From positions 8,395 to 72,394 of the forward strand of contig CALWJD010000006.1 in assembly GCA_944380925.1 (NCBI GenBank): a stretch of DNA of 64,000 bases. The letters run 5' to 3'. The translations under genes and the position numbers were made by a program. The stretch comes from an uncultured Clostridia bacterium (lineage in GTDB: Bacteria > Bacillota > Clostridia > Oscillospirales > Acutalibacteraceae). The notes below the pieces were generated by a model. It had not been told where the DNA came from and ran no database searches. It saw only the letters and a program-made list of their open reading frames with translations. This document shows, in pieces, positions 27,061-36,891 of this stretch (position 1 is the stretch's first letter; each line of letters starts with the position of its first letter).

Positions 27061-29076
27061 TTGATTGGGGATAAAAAATTGGATAAATATACTGGTAAGC
27101 GATTAGATGCAAGATATGAAATACAAGAGCTTATAGGCGTTGGCGGTATGGCAGTTGTTTATAGAGCTTATGACGTTGTTGAAGATAGGATTGTCGCCGT
27201 TAAAATTTTGAAAGATGAATTTTTGGGTAACAAAGATTTTATCAGAAGATTTAAAAATGAATCAAAAGCAATTGCAGTACTTGCTCATCCCAACATAGTA
27301 AAAGTTTATGACGTAAGTTTCGGAACAAAAATACAGTATATAGTAATGGAATATATTGATGGCATAACGCTTAAGGAATATATTTCAAAGCAAAAAATAA
27401 TTGATTGGAAAGATGCCGTATATTTTACGCATCAGATTTTATCCGCTTTAAACCATGCGCATGAAAAAGGCGTTATTCACCGTGATATAAAACCACAAAA
27501 TATAATGTTGCTTGCCGATGGTACCATAAAAGTTACGGATTTTGGTATTGCAAGGTTTTCGAGTAATGAAACACAAACAATGACGGATAGAGCAATCGGT
27601 TCGGTACACTATATCTCCCCTGAACAGGCAAAGGGCGGAGTCATAGATGAAAAAGCGGACATATACTCCGTTGGAGTTATGCTTTATGAAATGATAACGG
27701 GAAAATTGCCGTTTGAAGCCGACAATGCGGTTTCAGTTGCAATAATGCAAATGCAGTCTTCCCCAAGATCCCCAAGAGAGATAAATCCTGATATACCCGA
27801 AGGCTTGGAGCAAATCACCTTGAAAGCAATGCAAAAATCGCCTTCAAATCGTTATTTGTCAGCGCAAAATATGATAAAAGATATTGAAAAATTCGAAAAT
27901 GATCCTCAAATTCATTTTGATTATCAATATTTTGTAGATGATAATCCCACCAAGTTTATGTTAGATGATGACCTCAGCAAAGGAAAATCATCATACGGCG
28001 ATAATTATAATTATAAAAACGAAAAGAAAAAGAAAGCAAAAGCCGGATTTATAATGGGTGGAATAGCAGTTGCTGTTGGAATTTTTGCTTTAATATTTGT
28101 ATTTATTACGATGTTTACATCGTGCGGTAAAGGTTATGCAAGGGACGTAGACGTACCGAACTTTATCGGATTAAAGCTTTCTGACGTCCAAAATAATCCA
28201 GATTACAAATTTGTTTGGAACGTAGAAACGGCATATGACCCAAACAAGGCAGAAGGAATTATTATTGACCAAGACCCCCTTCCAAACTCTAAAAAAGTCA
28301 AAGAAGGTTCAACAATAACTTTAACCGTAAATAGCTCCGGCGTTATTGTTACCGTTCCGGCCGTCAAAGGTTTAACCGAAGATGTTGCAAAAATGAAAAT
28401 TTCAAAAGCCGGACTGAAATGTGACGTTCTAATGATTGTAGACGAAAGCACCGCAAGCGGAATTGTATGTAACGTTGATCCGAGCGAAGGAAGTAAGGTA
28501 ACTTCAGATACAACCATACGTCTCTACGTTAGTAAAGGGCCGTCCGAAGAAAAAGTTGTTGTTCCTGACGTTTTAAATAAATCACTTGATGCCGCCAGAA
28601 GTACCATTACAGCTGCGGGACTGAGCGTATCGGATAATATAGCACGTGAAAGTAGCGACAAACCTAAAGATACTGTAATTTCTATGGATCCTCTTCCGGG
28701 AAATGAAGTAAATAAAAATTCGGCCGTCAAACTCACCTTAAGCTCAGGCGTTAAGAGAGAAAAAAAATATGAGGTGGTAGTGGATTTACCTGCCAATGTA
28801 AACCACGATGTGACAGTAACAACATATATAAACGGTGTTTTGGATAGTACAAAAAAGGTAAATCCGTCGCTTTACGGAACGTACACCTTTAACGTCAAAG
28901 GTAACGAAGGGAAAATCAATGTAAGTGTTAATTTAGATGGCGCTCAGTATAGGGTGTATGAAGTTAACTTTGATGCATCATCTAATAATGTTAAAAGAGT
29001 AAAATCTTTTTCATATTCCGATCCGGCAAAATCCAAATCCAAGTCGAGAGACGAATCCGATGAGTACGATGATTAA
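27061..29076 (+). CDS. prkC: Ser/Thr protein kinase with TM helix and PASTA repeats
   Basis: The Hanks kinase motifs are present (GVGGMAVVY, VAVK, HRDIKPQN, DFGIA, SPEQ). These are followed by a TM helix (GFIMGGIAVAVGIFALIFVFITMF) and three PASTA-like repeats. The start is uncertain: TTG at 27061 or TTG at 27079. Confidence 0.93.
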   Translation: MIGDKKLDKYTGKRLDARYEIQELIGVGGMAVVYRAYDVVEDRIVAVKILKDEFLGNKDFIRRFKNESKAIAVLAHPNIVKVYDVSFGTKIQYIVMEYIDGITLKEYISKQKIIDWKDAVYFTHQILSALNHAHEKGVIHRDIKPQNIMLLADGTIKVTDFGIARFSSNETQTMTDRAIGSVHYISPEQAKGGVIDEKADIYSVGVMLYEMITGKLPFEADNAVSVAIMQMQSSPRSPREINPDIPEGLEQITLKAMQKSPSNRYLSAQNMIKDIEKFENDPQIHFDYQYFVDDNPTKFMLDDDLSKGKSSYGDNYNYKNEKKKKAKAGFIMGGIAVAVGIFALIFVFITMFTSCGKGYARDVDVPNFIGLKLSDVQNNPDYKFVWNVETAYDPNKAEGIIIDQDPLPNSKKVKEGSTITLTVNSSGVIVTVPAVKGLTEDVAKMKISKAGLKCDVLMIVDESTASGIVCNVDPSEGSKVTSDTTIRLYVSKGPSEEKVVVPDVLNKSLDAARSTITAAGLSVSDNIARESSDKPKDTVISMDPLPGNEVNKNSAVKLTLSSGVKREKKYEVVVDLPANVNHDVTVTTYINGVLDSTKKVNPSLYGTYTFNVKGNEGKINVSVNLDGAQYRVYEVNFDASSNNVKRVKSFSYSDPAKSKSKSRDESDEYDD

Positions 29077-29113
29077 TAATTAAAATAAATTAAAAAGAAT
29101 AGAGGTGGGCGCT

Positions 29114-30403
29114 TTGGATAAAAAAATTGTTATATCCGGAGGGCAAAAATTAAGAGGAACAGTTTCGATTAGCGGAGCTAAAAATGCTGCTGTGGCAATA
29201 CTTCCGGCTGCGGTGCTCTCGGATGATGTTTGCAGAATTGAAAATATACCCAGTATAAAAGATATTACTTTGATGTGCAGAATACTTTCCGATATGGGCG
29301 CAAATATAAAACTTATAAATAAAAATACTATTGAAATAGATCCAAGGGGCATGTCGTCCACGGCAGCTCCCAGCGAACTTATGAGAAGCATGCGTGCTTC
29401 AAGTTATCTTTTAGGTGTTTTGCTTTCAAAATTTGGAGAGGCAAATGTTTATCTTCCGGGGGGATGCGATTTTGGTTTAAGGCCGATAGATCAGCACTTA
29501 AAAGGATTTGAAGCGTTGGGCGCTAATTATTCTTTAGAAAACGGTATAGTTAAAGTCAAGTGCGAAAAACTACGTGGTGCACATATATATTTAGATGTGG
29601 TTTCAGTTGGAGCTACGATTAATATTATGTTAGCTTCCGTAAAGGCGCAGGGGCTTACTATTATTGAAAATGCAGCAAAAGAGCCACATATAGTTGATTT
29701 GGCGAATTTCTTAAATTGCATGGGTGCCGATATATTTGGCGCCGGAACTGATGTTATAAAAATAAAGGGTGTGAAAAATTTAAAAGGTGTTACGTATTCC
29801 ATCATACCGGACCAAATTGAAGCCGGTACATATATGGTGGCAGCTGCCGCAACCGGCGGTGATATCGTTCTTGAAAACGTAATACCAAAGCATTTGGAAT
29901 CCATAACGGCAAAACTCGAGGAAATGGGCGTTAAGTTTGAAGAGTTTGATGACGCTTTAAGGGTATATGCTGACGAAAAACTTAAAAAATGTAATATAAA
30001 AACAATGCCACACCCGGGATTTCCTACCGATATGCAGCCCCAGATTACTGCGCTTCTTTCAATTGCGGAAGGCACAAGCATGGTAACTGAATCGGTATGG
30101 GATAATCGTTTTAGGTACATTGATGAGCTTCACCGTATGGGCGCTAAAATATCGGTAGATGGTAGGGTGGCCGTAGTGGAAGGCGTAAAGAAACTCAAAG
30201 GAGCTGTTGTTAAAGCAACAGATTTACGTGCCGGTGCGGCATTGGTTATTGCCGGCCTTGTAGCGGAAGGAACCACCACTATTGAAAATGTAAAGCATAT
30301 CGAGCGTGGATATGAAGATATAGTCGAAAAATTAAGAAAATTAGGGGCAGATATAAAAGTGGTTAGCCCCCAGTTTTGTGAGCCGATCGTATCGAGTCTT
30401 TAA
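29114..30403 (+). CDS. murA: UDP-N-acetylglucosamine 1-carboxyvinyltransferase, copy 1
   Basis: SGAKNAA N-terminal motif and the active-site loop PGGCDFGLRPIDQHL. A TTG at 29114 has better SD spacing than the GTG at 29105. Confidence 0.93.
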   Translation: MDKKIVISGGQKLRGTVSISGAKNAAVAILPAAVLSDDVCRIENIPSIKDITLMCRILSDMGANIKLINKNTIEIDPRGMSSTAAPSELMRSMRASSYLLGVLLSKFGEANVYLPGGCDFGLRPIDQHLKGFEALGANYSLENGIVKVKCEKLRGAHIYLDVVSVGATINIMLASVKAQGLTIIENAAKEPHIVDLANFLNCMGADIFGAGTDVIKIKGVKNLKGVTYSIIPDQIEAGTYMVAAAATGGDIVLENVIPKHLESITAKLEEMGVKFEEFDDALRVYADEKLKKCNIKTMPHPGFPTDMQPQITALLSIAEGTSMVTESVWDNRFRYIDELHRMGAKISVDGRVAVVEGVKKLKGAVVKATDLRAGAALVIAGLVAEGTTTIENVKHIERGYEDIVEKLRKLGADIKVVSPQFCEPIVSSL

Positions 30404-30475
30404 TAAAAACTAAATTGATTTAGCTTAATTTTAAAATACATAATATGAATTTGTTTTGGGGATACGTGTTTATAT

Positions 30476-31270
30476 ATGAGATTATGTCCTTTGTTTAGCG
30501 GCAGTAGTGGAAATTGCATTTATATTGAGTTTTCTAAGGATAATGCTATTCTGGTCGATGCCGGAAAAAGCAATAAACAACTCGAAAATTCTTTTAAAAT
30601 TAATAATATTAATCCCAGCAATATAAAAGCAATTTTCATCACTCACGAACATAGTGATCATATTGCGGGGCTAAAGGTGTTCCTTAAAAACCATGATGTT
30701 AAAGTTTATGGCTCTGGGGGAACATTATCAGCTTTGCAAGAAAAAGGAATAATTTCTAAAAATGACTCTTTTGAAGTTTTAAAGAAGGCCGAAAAGGATT
30801 TGGATTTTTTTTCGGTCAAGCCTTTTTCAATTTCGCATGACTGCAAGGAAGGGTACGGATATTCTTTTATTTCGGGAAACGGAGAAAAAGTTTCAGTTTG
30901 TACGGATCTTGGATATGTTTCTAATGAAATAAAAAACGATTTAAAAGGCTCACATGCTGTTATTTTGGAATCAAATCACGACCAAATGATGCTGCAAAAC
31001 GGCCCGTATCCATATTATTTAAAACGACGTATACTATCAGATGTAGGGCATCTTTCAAACGATTCTTGCGGAGAGTTACTGCCTTATTTAGTAAATAACG
31101 GGACTAAAAATATAGTACTGTCTCACTTAAGTGCACACAACAACTTACCTGATCTTGCTTTACAAACGTCTATTAGTTACCTTGCAAGGGAAAGTATGAC
31201 TTGCAATAAAGATTTTTATTTGTCGATAGCACCAAGAGAAAACAAAAAGGATGTTTGCGTAGAGTTTTAA
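30476..31270 (+). CDS. MBL-fold metallo-hydrolase (YycJ/WalJ-like)
   Basis: HEHSDH metal-binding motif; about 264 aa. Confidence 0.8.
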   Translation: MRLCPLFSGSSGNCIYIEFSKDNAILVDAGKSNKQLENSFKINNINPSNIKAIFITHEHSDHIAGLKVFLKNHDVKVYGSGGTLSALQEKGIISKNDSFEVLKKAEKDLDFFSVKPFSISHDCKEGYGYSFISGNGEKVSVCTDLGYVSNEIKNDLKGSHAVILESNHDQMMLQNGPYPYYLKRRILSDVGHLSNDSCGELLPYLVNNGTKNIVLSHLSAHNNLPDLALQTSISYLARESMTCNKDFYLSIAPRENKKDVCVEF

Positions 31271-31273
31271 AAA

Positions 31274-32344
31274 CTAATTTTTGAAGTTTTTGATTTTTAT
31301 TTTGTAAAATATAATTCCCGGTATCAATGCAAAATAGAAACTTATAAACCTATAAATTATCATTGCCTGAATAATTTCATTTTCATAGAAAAAAGGTTTA
31401 AATAAGGTAAGAAACATATTTTCGGCCATACCCGCAGCTCCCGGTAGCGGAGTAAAAGAAGATATTGTTGTCGATACGTTTTGCGTGTAAGTCATAGATG
31501 CTATTGGGAAGCTACTGTGATTAAAAGTTTTAAATATAAAGAATGTTATTAAAAAAGAAAATGTCAATTGTAAAAATGTAAGAATAAAAAGCTTGAGGTT
31601 AAGTTTTTTATTCTTGCTTAAATTTTTGTTATTAACCGAAAAGTATTCTAATTTTTTAATTAATCTATCCACAGTTTTATTTTTATCTTTTACTATTCTT
31701 AATTTGTAAAGTATCGCTACAATAAATTTTGATACGTTTAAAGTAAAAGCTTTACTAATTGAAAAAATTATAACTAAAAATACAATCATTCCCTGAAATA
31801 ATATTCCGGTAAGTATCAGAGGGCATAGGTAATCAACACAGTAGTTTTTTATCCGCCAATAATAAAGAAATGCCGATACCACGGAGTATATAAACAAACA
31901 AAGCTGATATATATAAAATTTACGCAAGAGCAACGAAACAGAATTTTTTTGATTTATACCATATTTTTTAAATTCTAAAATTTGCATGGGCTGCGCAGCT
32001 ATTCCAAGAGGGGTAACGATAGTGAAATATTGCCCGACCATGGTAATCTTAAAGAAAAAAATATTTTTATAATTTTGATAGCATATTTTCTTTGCAAGTT
32101 CTTTTATTATAAAACTATCAAACACCCAAGATAAAATCATACATAAAAAAGCAAACTGCAAATATATGTAATTTAAACGCGGCAGTATATACCATAAATT
32201 CAGTAAGTTGTTGTTTTGAAAACAAAAATAAAGCAAAATGCCAAAAGAAACCGCAATTAAAACTATATTTACCGCGGTTTTAATTTTTTTATTTTGTGTG
32301 CTATCTTTTATAAGTTTTTTTATATTAAAAATAAAATTTTCCAT
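31274..32344 (-). CDS. flippase-like polytopic membrane protein (lysylphosphatidylglycerol-synthase TM-region / UPF0104 family), paralogue 1
   Basis: At least 8 predicted TM helices. The segment TIVTPLGIAAQPMQILEFKK matches the family motif P..iGGqP.q. Confidence 0.6.
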   Translation of the reverse strand: MENFIFNIKKLIKDSTQNKKIKTAVNIVLIAVSFGILLYFCFQNNNLLNLWYILPRLNYIYLQFAFLCMILSWVFDSFIIKELAKKICYQNYKNIFFFKITMVGQYFTIVTPLGIAAQPMQILEFKKYGINQKNSVSLLLRKFYIYQLCLFIYSVVSAFLYYWRIKNYCVDYLCPLILTGILFQGMIVFLVIIFSISKAFTLNVSKFIVAILYKLRIVKDKNKTVDRLIKKLEYFSVNNKNLSKNKKLNLKLFILTFLQLTFSFLITFFIFKTFNHSSFPIASMTYTQNVSTTISSFTPLPGAAGMAENMFLTLFKPFFYENEIIQAMIIYRFISFYFALIPGIIFYKIKIKNFKN

Positions 32345-32380
32345 ACAAACTATTGTTAACGGAAAATTTTTTCAAATTCA

Positions 32381-33406
32381 TTATTTATTTTTTTTAACTT
32401 TAATTTTTTTATTTCTGGGGGGTGCTTTAACTAAACTTATTAAATCAGGAATGCTTTTTTCTTTATTGGGAACAAAGGAACTGCCTGAAAAATAATCTAT
32501 GGATTTTGTGGCTGACGCTATGTTTTCCCAAAATCCTTTAAAATTCATGGCATTGGCATGTAACATCAATATATAATAATAGCTTACTATTTTTACTTTT
32601 TGAGCATATACCCAAATATGGCCATTATAGTTTTTATAAACTTTTTCATTTTCTAAAAAATTTCTTATAACTCCGAGCGACTTTATAAAATCATTGATTT
32701 TCACAACGTTCATGGAATGCAGTATGCTGCTTTCACGGCTTGTGTAATTATAAAGAGCTTCTCCCAAAAACACTATTTTATCAGCATAATAAAACATTTT
32801 TGGAGATGTTGCTATATCTTCAAAATACATCTTATCAAACTTTAAATTATTATCAAAAAAAAGGCTTCGTTTAGAAAGTTTATTCCATACAAAATAATGA
32901 ACTCCTATATCAAGTATCAATTTTCTAAGCGCCTTTGTTTTGGAGTAAACCCCGGGGAACGACGTAAACGGCATAAATATTTTTAGTTTTTTGGCCGGAT
33001 AGTACATATTAAAATTGCAACAAGCAATATCCGCATCGCTATCAACCGCTGCCGTATATAGCAGTTCCAGAAACTTAGGCTCGAGATAGTCATCACTATC
33101 CATAAAACCTATATATTCTCCTCTGCTTTCCTTAATCCCCGTGTTTCTTGCAACAGAAGGGCCCTGATTTTCTTGATTTATAAGCCTAAAATTTTCATTT
33201 TCGCTACAAAACTTTTCTATAATATCAACGCTTCCATCTGTTGAGCCATCATTAACTATTATCAATTCAAAATCTTTAAATGTTTGATTTTGCACGGACC
33301 TAAGCGCTTTTTCAAGATATTTTTCAACGTTGTATACGGGCATTATTAAACTGACAACCGGTTTTTTTAATTTAAACTCTTTTTTCAAAACAAATGTTCC
33401 TTTCAA
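32381..33406 (-). CDS. family 2 glycosyltransferase
   Basis: VSLIMPVYNVEKYLEKALRSVQNQTFKDFELIIVNDGSTDGS is a GT2 N-terminus, and a DSDD (DxD) motif is present. Confidence 0.88.
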   Translation of the reverse strand: MKGTFVLKKEFKLKKPVVSLIMPVYNVEKYLEKALRSVQNQTFKDFELIIVNDGSTDGSVDIIEKFCSENENFRLINQENQGPSVARNTGIKESRGEYIGFMDSDDYLEPKFLELLYTAAVDSDADIACCNFNMYYPAKKLKIFMPFTSFPGVYSKTKALRKLILDIGVHYFVWNKLSKRSLFFDNNLKFDKMYFEDIATSPKMFYYADKIVFLGEALYNYTSRESSILHSMNVVKINDFIKSLGVIRNFLENEKVYKNYNGHIWVYAQKVKIVSYYYILMLHANAMNFKGFWENIASATKSIDYFSGSSFVPNKEKSIPDLISLVKAPPRNKKIKVKKNK

Positions 33407-33417
33407 AATCTATTTTT

Positions 33418-34479
33418 TTAAATTTCTTCAGCTTCCTCAATTTTTTCCAGTTTTTCCGCTGTTTCTGCAATATTACCAACACGTGCAAACGGAGCAAAAA
33501 CAACGATATTCATAAAGTATGTTATTATTCTCCAAACCAATATTGCCGATTTTATGGTGTTTTCTTTAAAGAAAATTTCAAAGAAAATATAAAAGCTTCC
33601 CTCGGCAGCTCCCGAACCACCCGGCAAAGGCATGAAAGAGGCAACCATTGTTACAAATGCCTGACCGGTTAACATATCAAAAAAATTAGCTCCGATAAAG
33701 TTAAACGAGCGATATATCGCATACGGTATTGCAAAAATTAAGGTAAGTTGCAAAATGGTCAAACCGAAAACAATTATAAACATTCGTTTGTTCTTGTAAA
33801 GTTTTATATTGCTTTCATGGAACTTCATAAGTTGCTGTTCTATCTTTTCGCTCTTTTCGGAAGCGTTTTTAATAATTTTGAATTTTGATAGTAACCTAAA
33901 ACATTTTTTTATTATGGACGAGGTCAGTTTTCTGTTGAATGAAAACATTAAAACAAACAATATTACCACTGCGTGAGAGATAAACCCAAACAACGAAAGT
34001 CCTATCATTGCACCGCCCAAGTGACCTTTAAATATATCCAGATTACACATTAGAGCTACAAAACTATATAAGGTTATGGTTGTTTGATATATTAAAAACT
34101 TTTGTATCAGAGAAGATGTTGCGGCACCCGTATCAATTTTTTGCTTTTTCATAGAATAAAGCTGCATGGGTTGACCGCCTATGGCTCCCGGAGTGATAAC
34201 ACTAAAAAACTGCCCGACCGCAGTGGTTTTGAGCGATTTTTTAAGAGTAAAATCTTCTGCATAATTATGCGTAATTCTAAAAAGAACATATGCATCAATA
34301 AAAACGTTTGCAAATTGACAAAAAATTGCAACCGAAATCCACCACCAGTTGAATTTTTCTATATTATTTATAAGGTCTATAAATCCGTTTTCAGATACAA
34401 AAAAATAAACCACAAATCCAATAGGAACAAGTAGCATCAATATATTTAAAATAAGTCTTTTACCAATTTTACTTTTCAA
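33418..34479 (-). CDS. flippase-like polytopic membrane protein (LPG-synthase TM-region / UPF0104 family), paralogue 2
   Basis: Polytopic membrane protein. VITPGAIGGQPMQLYSMKK and the C-terminal PLPGGSGAAEG motif are typical of the family. Confidence 0.65.
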   Translation of the reverse strand: MKSKIGKRLILNILMLLVPIGFVVYFFVSENGFIDLINNIEKFNWWWISVAIFCQFANVFIDAYVLFRITHNYAEDFTLKKSLKTTAVGQFFSVITPGAIGGQPMQLYSMKKQKIDTGAATSSLIQKFLIYQTTITLYSFVALMCNLDIFKGHLGGAMIGLSLFGFISHAVVILFVLMFSFNRKLTSSIIKKCFRLLSKFKIIKNASEKSEKIEQQLMKFHESNIKLYKNKRMFIIVFGLTILQLTLIFAIPYAIYRSFNFIGANFFDMLTGQAFVTMVASFMPLPGGSGAAEGSFYIFFEIFFKENTIKSAILVWRIITYFMNIVVFAPFARVGNIAETAEKLEKIEEAEEI

Positions 34480-34662
34480 AAGATTTTCCTCCGAAGAAGT
34501 TATTTAAATCCCCATAAACTTAGAATAACCTTATTTGGCATAAAGTCAAGTAAAACTAAGCGCAGTTGAAAAATATTGTCAGTGTACAACTTCATTTGAA
34601 TATTATGACAAATATCAAGTTTGTTTATTTTAGAATAACTTTCCAAGAGGAGTGAAGCAAGA

Positions 34663-35919
34663 GTGTCAAAATTGATTATTGAAGGTTCAAGAAGACTCCA
34701 TGGAAATATTAAAGTTCAGGGATCAAAAAATAGTATTTTGCCGATTTTGGCGGCCTCTGTTATGTGTAAAGATGAATGCATAATACACAATTGCCCCGAT
34801 ATTTTGGACGTCAAAATAACAAGGCGTATTCTGGAATATTTAGGATGCAAAACAAGTTTTGAAAACAATACTTTTATTGTTAATTCAAAAAATATTTTAA
34901 AAAATGATATACCTGACTTCTTGATGAGAGAGATGAGATCATCTATAATATTCTTAGGTTCTTTAATTTCCGGATTTGGTAGTGCAAATCTTTCCCTGCC
35001 CGGAGGGTGTGAACTGGGGCCAAGACCAATAGATATTCATTTAGATGGACTTCGTCAGCTTGGCATGAGAATTACCGAAAGCCATGGTATTTTAAAATGC
35101 GATAGCGGAAAAGGATTAATCGGTTGCAATATTGCTTTTTCTTTTCCGAGCGTTGGAGCAACGGAAAATTTGATTTTGGGTGCTGTCACTGCCAAGGGGA
35201 CAACTATTATAACCAACGCCGCAAAAGAACCGGAAATAATTGATTTAATTGATTTTCTAAATAAGTGTGGTGCGAAAATTAAGTATTCTCATGAGGGTAC
35301 AATAGTAATAACGGGAGTAACCAAGCTCCACGGCGCAGAACATACCGTAATATCGGATAGAATTGTGGCTATTACGTATATGTCGGCAGCTGCGGCTACT
35401 TCGAGCAATATTACAATAGAGAAGGTTATTGAAGAACATATAAGCTCCGTAATTCCAATTTTCGAGGAAGCGGGTTGCGTTATAATGTTTAAAGATAAGG
35501 ATATTTTAAAAATAGATTCTCCAACAAGACCATATTTTAACAGAATAATACGAACCATGCCGTATCCCGGATTTCCAACCGATGCCCAAGCACCCGTTAT
35601 GTCCATGACTGCCGTTGCGGACGGAACAAGCGTTTTTGTAGAAAATATTTTTTCAAACAGATATAAGCATGTTGGAGAACTTCTAAGACTCGGCGCAGAT
35701 ATAAAGGTTGAAGATAAAGTAGCAATTGTGGAGGGAGTAAAAAAGCTATCTGGCGCAAAAGTAACGGCAATGGATTTAAGAGGCGCAGCTTCATTGGTTG
35801 TTGCAGGGCTCAGCGCCGAAGGAATAACGGAAATCTCAGGGCTTAAACACATTGATAGAGGCTATGAACAAATAGAAAAAAATTTAAATATGTTGGGAGC
35901 TTCAGTAAAAAGAATTTAA
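34663..35919 (+). CDS. murA: UDP-N-acetylglucosamine 1-carboxyvinyltransferase, copy 2
   Basis: QGSKNSILP and the active-site loop PGGCELGPRPIDIHL. GTG start with AGAGGAG upstream. Confidence 0.92.
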   Translation: MSKLIIEGSRRLHGNIKVQGSKNSILPILAASVMCKDECIIHNCPDILDVKITRRILEYLGCKTSFENNTFIVNSKNILKNDIPDFLMREMRSSIIFLGSLISGFGSANLSLPGGCELGPRPIDIHLDGLRQLGMRITESHGILKCDSGKGLIGCNIAFSFPSVGATENLILGAVTAKGTTIITNAAKEPEIIDLIDFLNKCGAKIKYSHEGTIVITGVTKLHGAEHTVISDRIVAITYMSAAAATSSNITIEKVIEEHISSVIPIFEEAGCVIMFKDKDILKIDSPTRPYFNRIIRTMPYPGFPTDAQAPVMSMTAVADGTSVFVENIFSNRYKHVGELLRLGADIKVEDKVAIVEGVKKLSGAKVTAMDLRGAASLVVAGLSAEGITEISGLKHIDRGYEQIEKNLNMLGASVKRI

Positions 35920-35939
35920 ACATATAGGGTGAAAAATCT

Positions 35940-36770
35940 ATGAACAGGGAATTATCAAAAAAATCAAATATAAAGCGGCCAAAAAGACCTACCAAAAGGG
36001 GACTTAGAAAAAAAGTATTTTTAAAAAGGAAAAGAAGAAAACTTATATTCAGAAGGTTTTTTTTGGTTGCGATATGCCTATCCGTTGTTTTTTTGTTTTT
36101 TTTCGGTATACATTTTTCCCTTTCTAAATTTTTTACCATAAAAAATATATCGGTTCAGGGTAGCAGTAGCTATTCAGATGCCGAAGTGATCTCAGCCGGC
36201 GAACTACATACTAAACAAAATTTGCTCTTTTTAAATTCAAAGAAAGCCGAAAACAAAATTTATACATCGCTCCCAAATGTAGATGAAGTAAAAATTTCTA
36301 AAAAATTCCCGAATAATTTGATTATCTCTTTAGAAGATGCCATACCGACTTACCACTTGAAAATTGAAAACGAATATATTGTAATTAGCGCCAAAAATAA
36401 ATTTTTAGCTAAGTTTTCAGAACCTCCCGATAATACTGTCGGGCTAATTGGAATAGAGGCGGAAATTAAAGAAAACGGAAAAGTGGAGTACAGAAATCCT
36501 GAGTCTTTAAAGCTTATGGAGGAAATTTTAAATACGCTTAGAAGTAAAGAAATTGAGAACATAAATGAGGTAGACATTTCCGATTTGCAAAATATAACTT
36601 TGAAATATGAAAACAGAATAAAGATAAATATCGGGAGTCAAGATGACCTAGATTATAAAATTTTAACTTTGAAAGAAATATTAAATAATAAAATTTCTAA
36701 AACTGAAAGAGGAACTTTAAATCTAAAAGATTTAAAAACCCAAAACAGAACATACTTTACATATGAATAA
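35940..36770 (+). CDS. divIB: cell division protein DivIB/FtsQ
   Basis: A basic N-terminus and a single TM helix are followed by a POTRA-like segment (IKNISVQGSSSYSDAEV). The gene sits after murA. Confidence 0.8.
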   Translation: MNRELSKKSNIKRPKRPTKRGLRKKVFLKRKRRKLIFRRFFLVAICLSVVFLFFFGIHFSLSKFFTIKNISVQGSSSYSDAEVISAGELHTKQNLLFLNSKKAENKIYTSLPNVDEVKISKKFPNNLIISLEDAIPTYHLKIENEYIVISAKNKFLAKFSEPPDNTVGLIGIEAEIKENGKVEYRNPESLKLMEEILNTLRSKEIENINEVDISDLQNITLKYENRIKINIGSQDDLDYKILTLKEILNNKISKTERGTLNLKDLKTQNRTYFTYE

Positions 36771-36778
36771 AGTTTTTT

Positions 36779-36815
36779 GAGCCGTAAGTTTTTAAACTAC
36801 TGGCTCTTTTTTTTG
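36779..36815 (+). terminator. intrinsic terminator after divIB
   Basis: gagcc...ggctc stem followed by tttttttt. Confidence 0.7.
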
Positions 36816-36891
36816 TTTTGTGGTTTACTTAATTAGTATAAAAAGCAAAGGGGAAATTTTTATTTTTAAGTTTGATAGCAAAATTCAGAAC

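Noticed and set aside
29527-30120. 197-aa ORF antisense to murA copy 1. Similar antisense ORFs occur at 35289-35852 (murA copy 2), 5618-6091 (tsf), 11675-12079 (typA), 23840-24292 (mscS), 41975-42394 (pyrG/dapL) and 51154-51501 (potD/cmk).
   Set aside because: All lie fully inside, or overlap, well-supported conserved genes on the other strand. They lack SD sequences and have low-complexity, Ser/Ile/Phe-rich translations typical of shadow frames.
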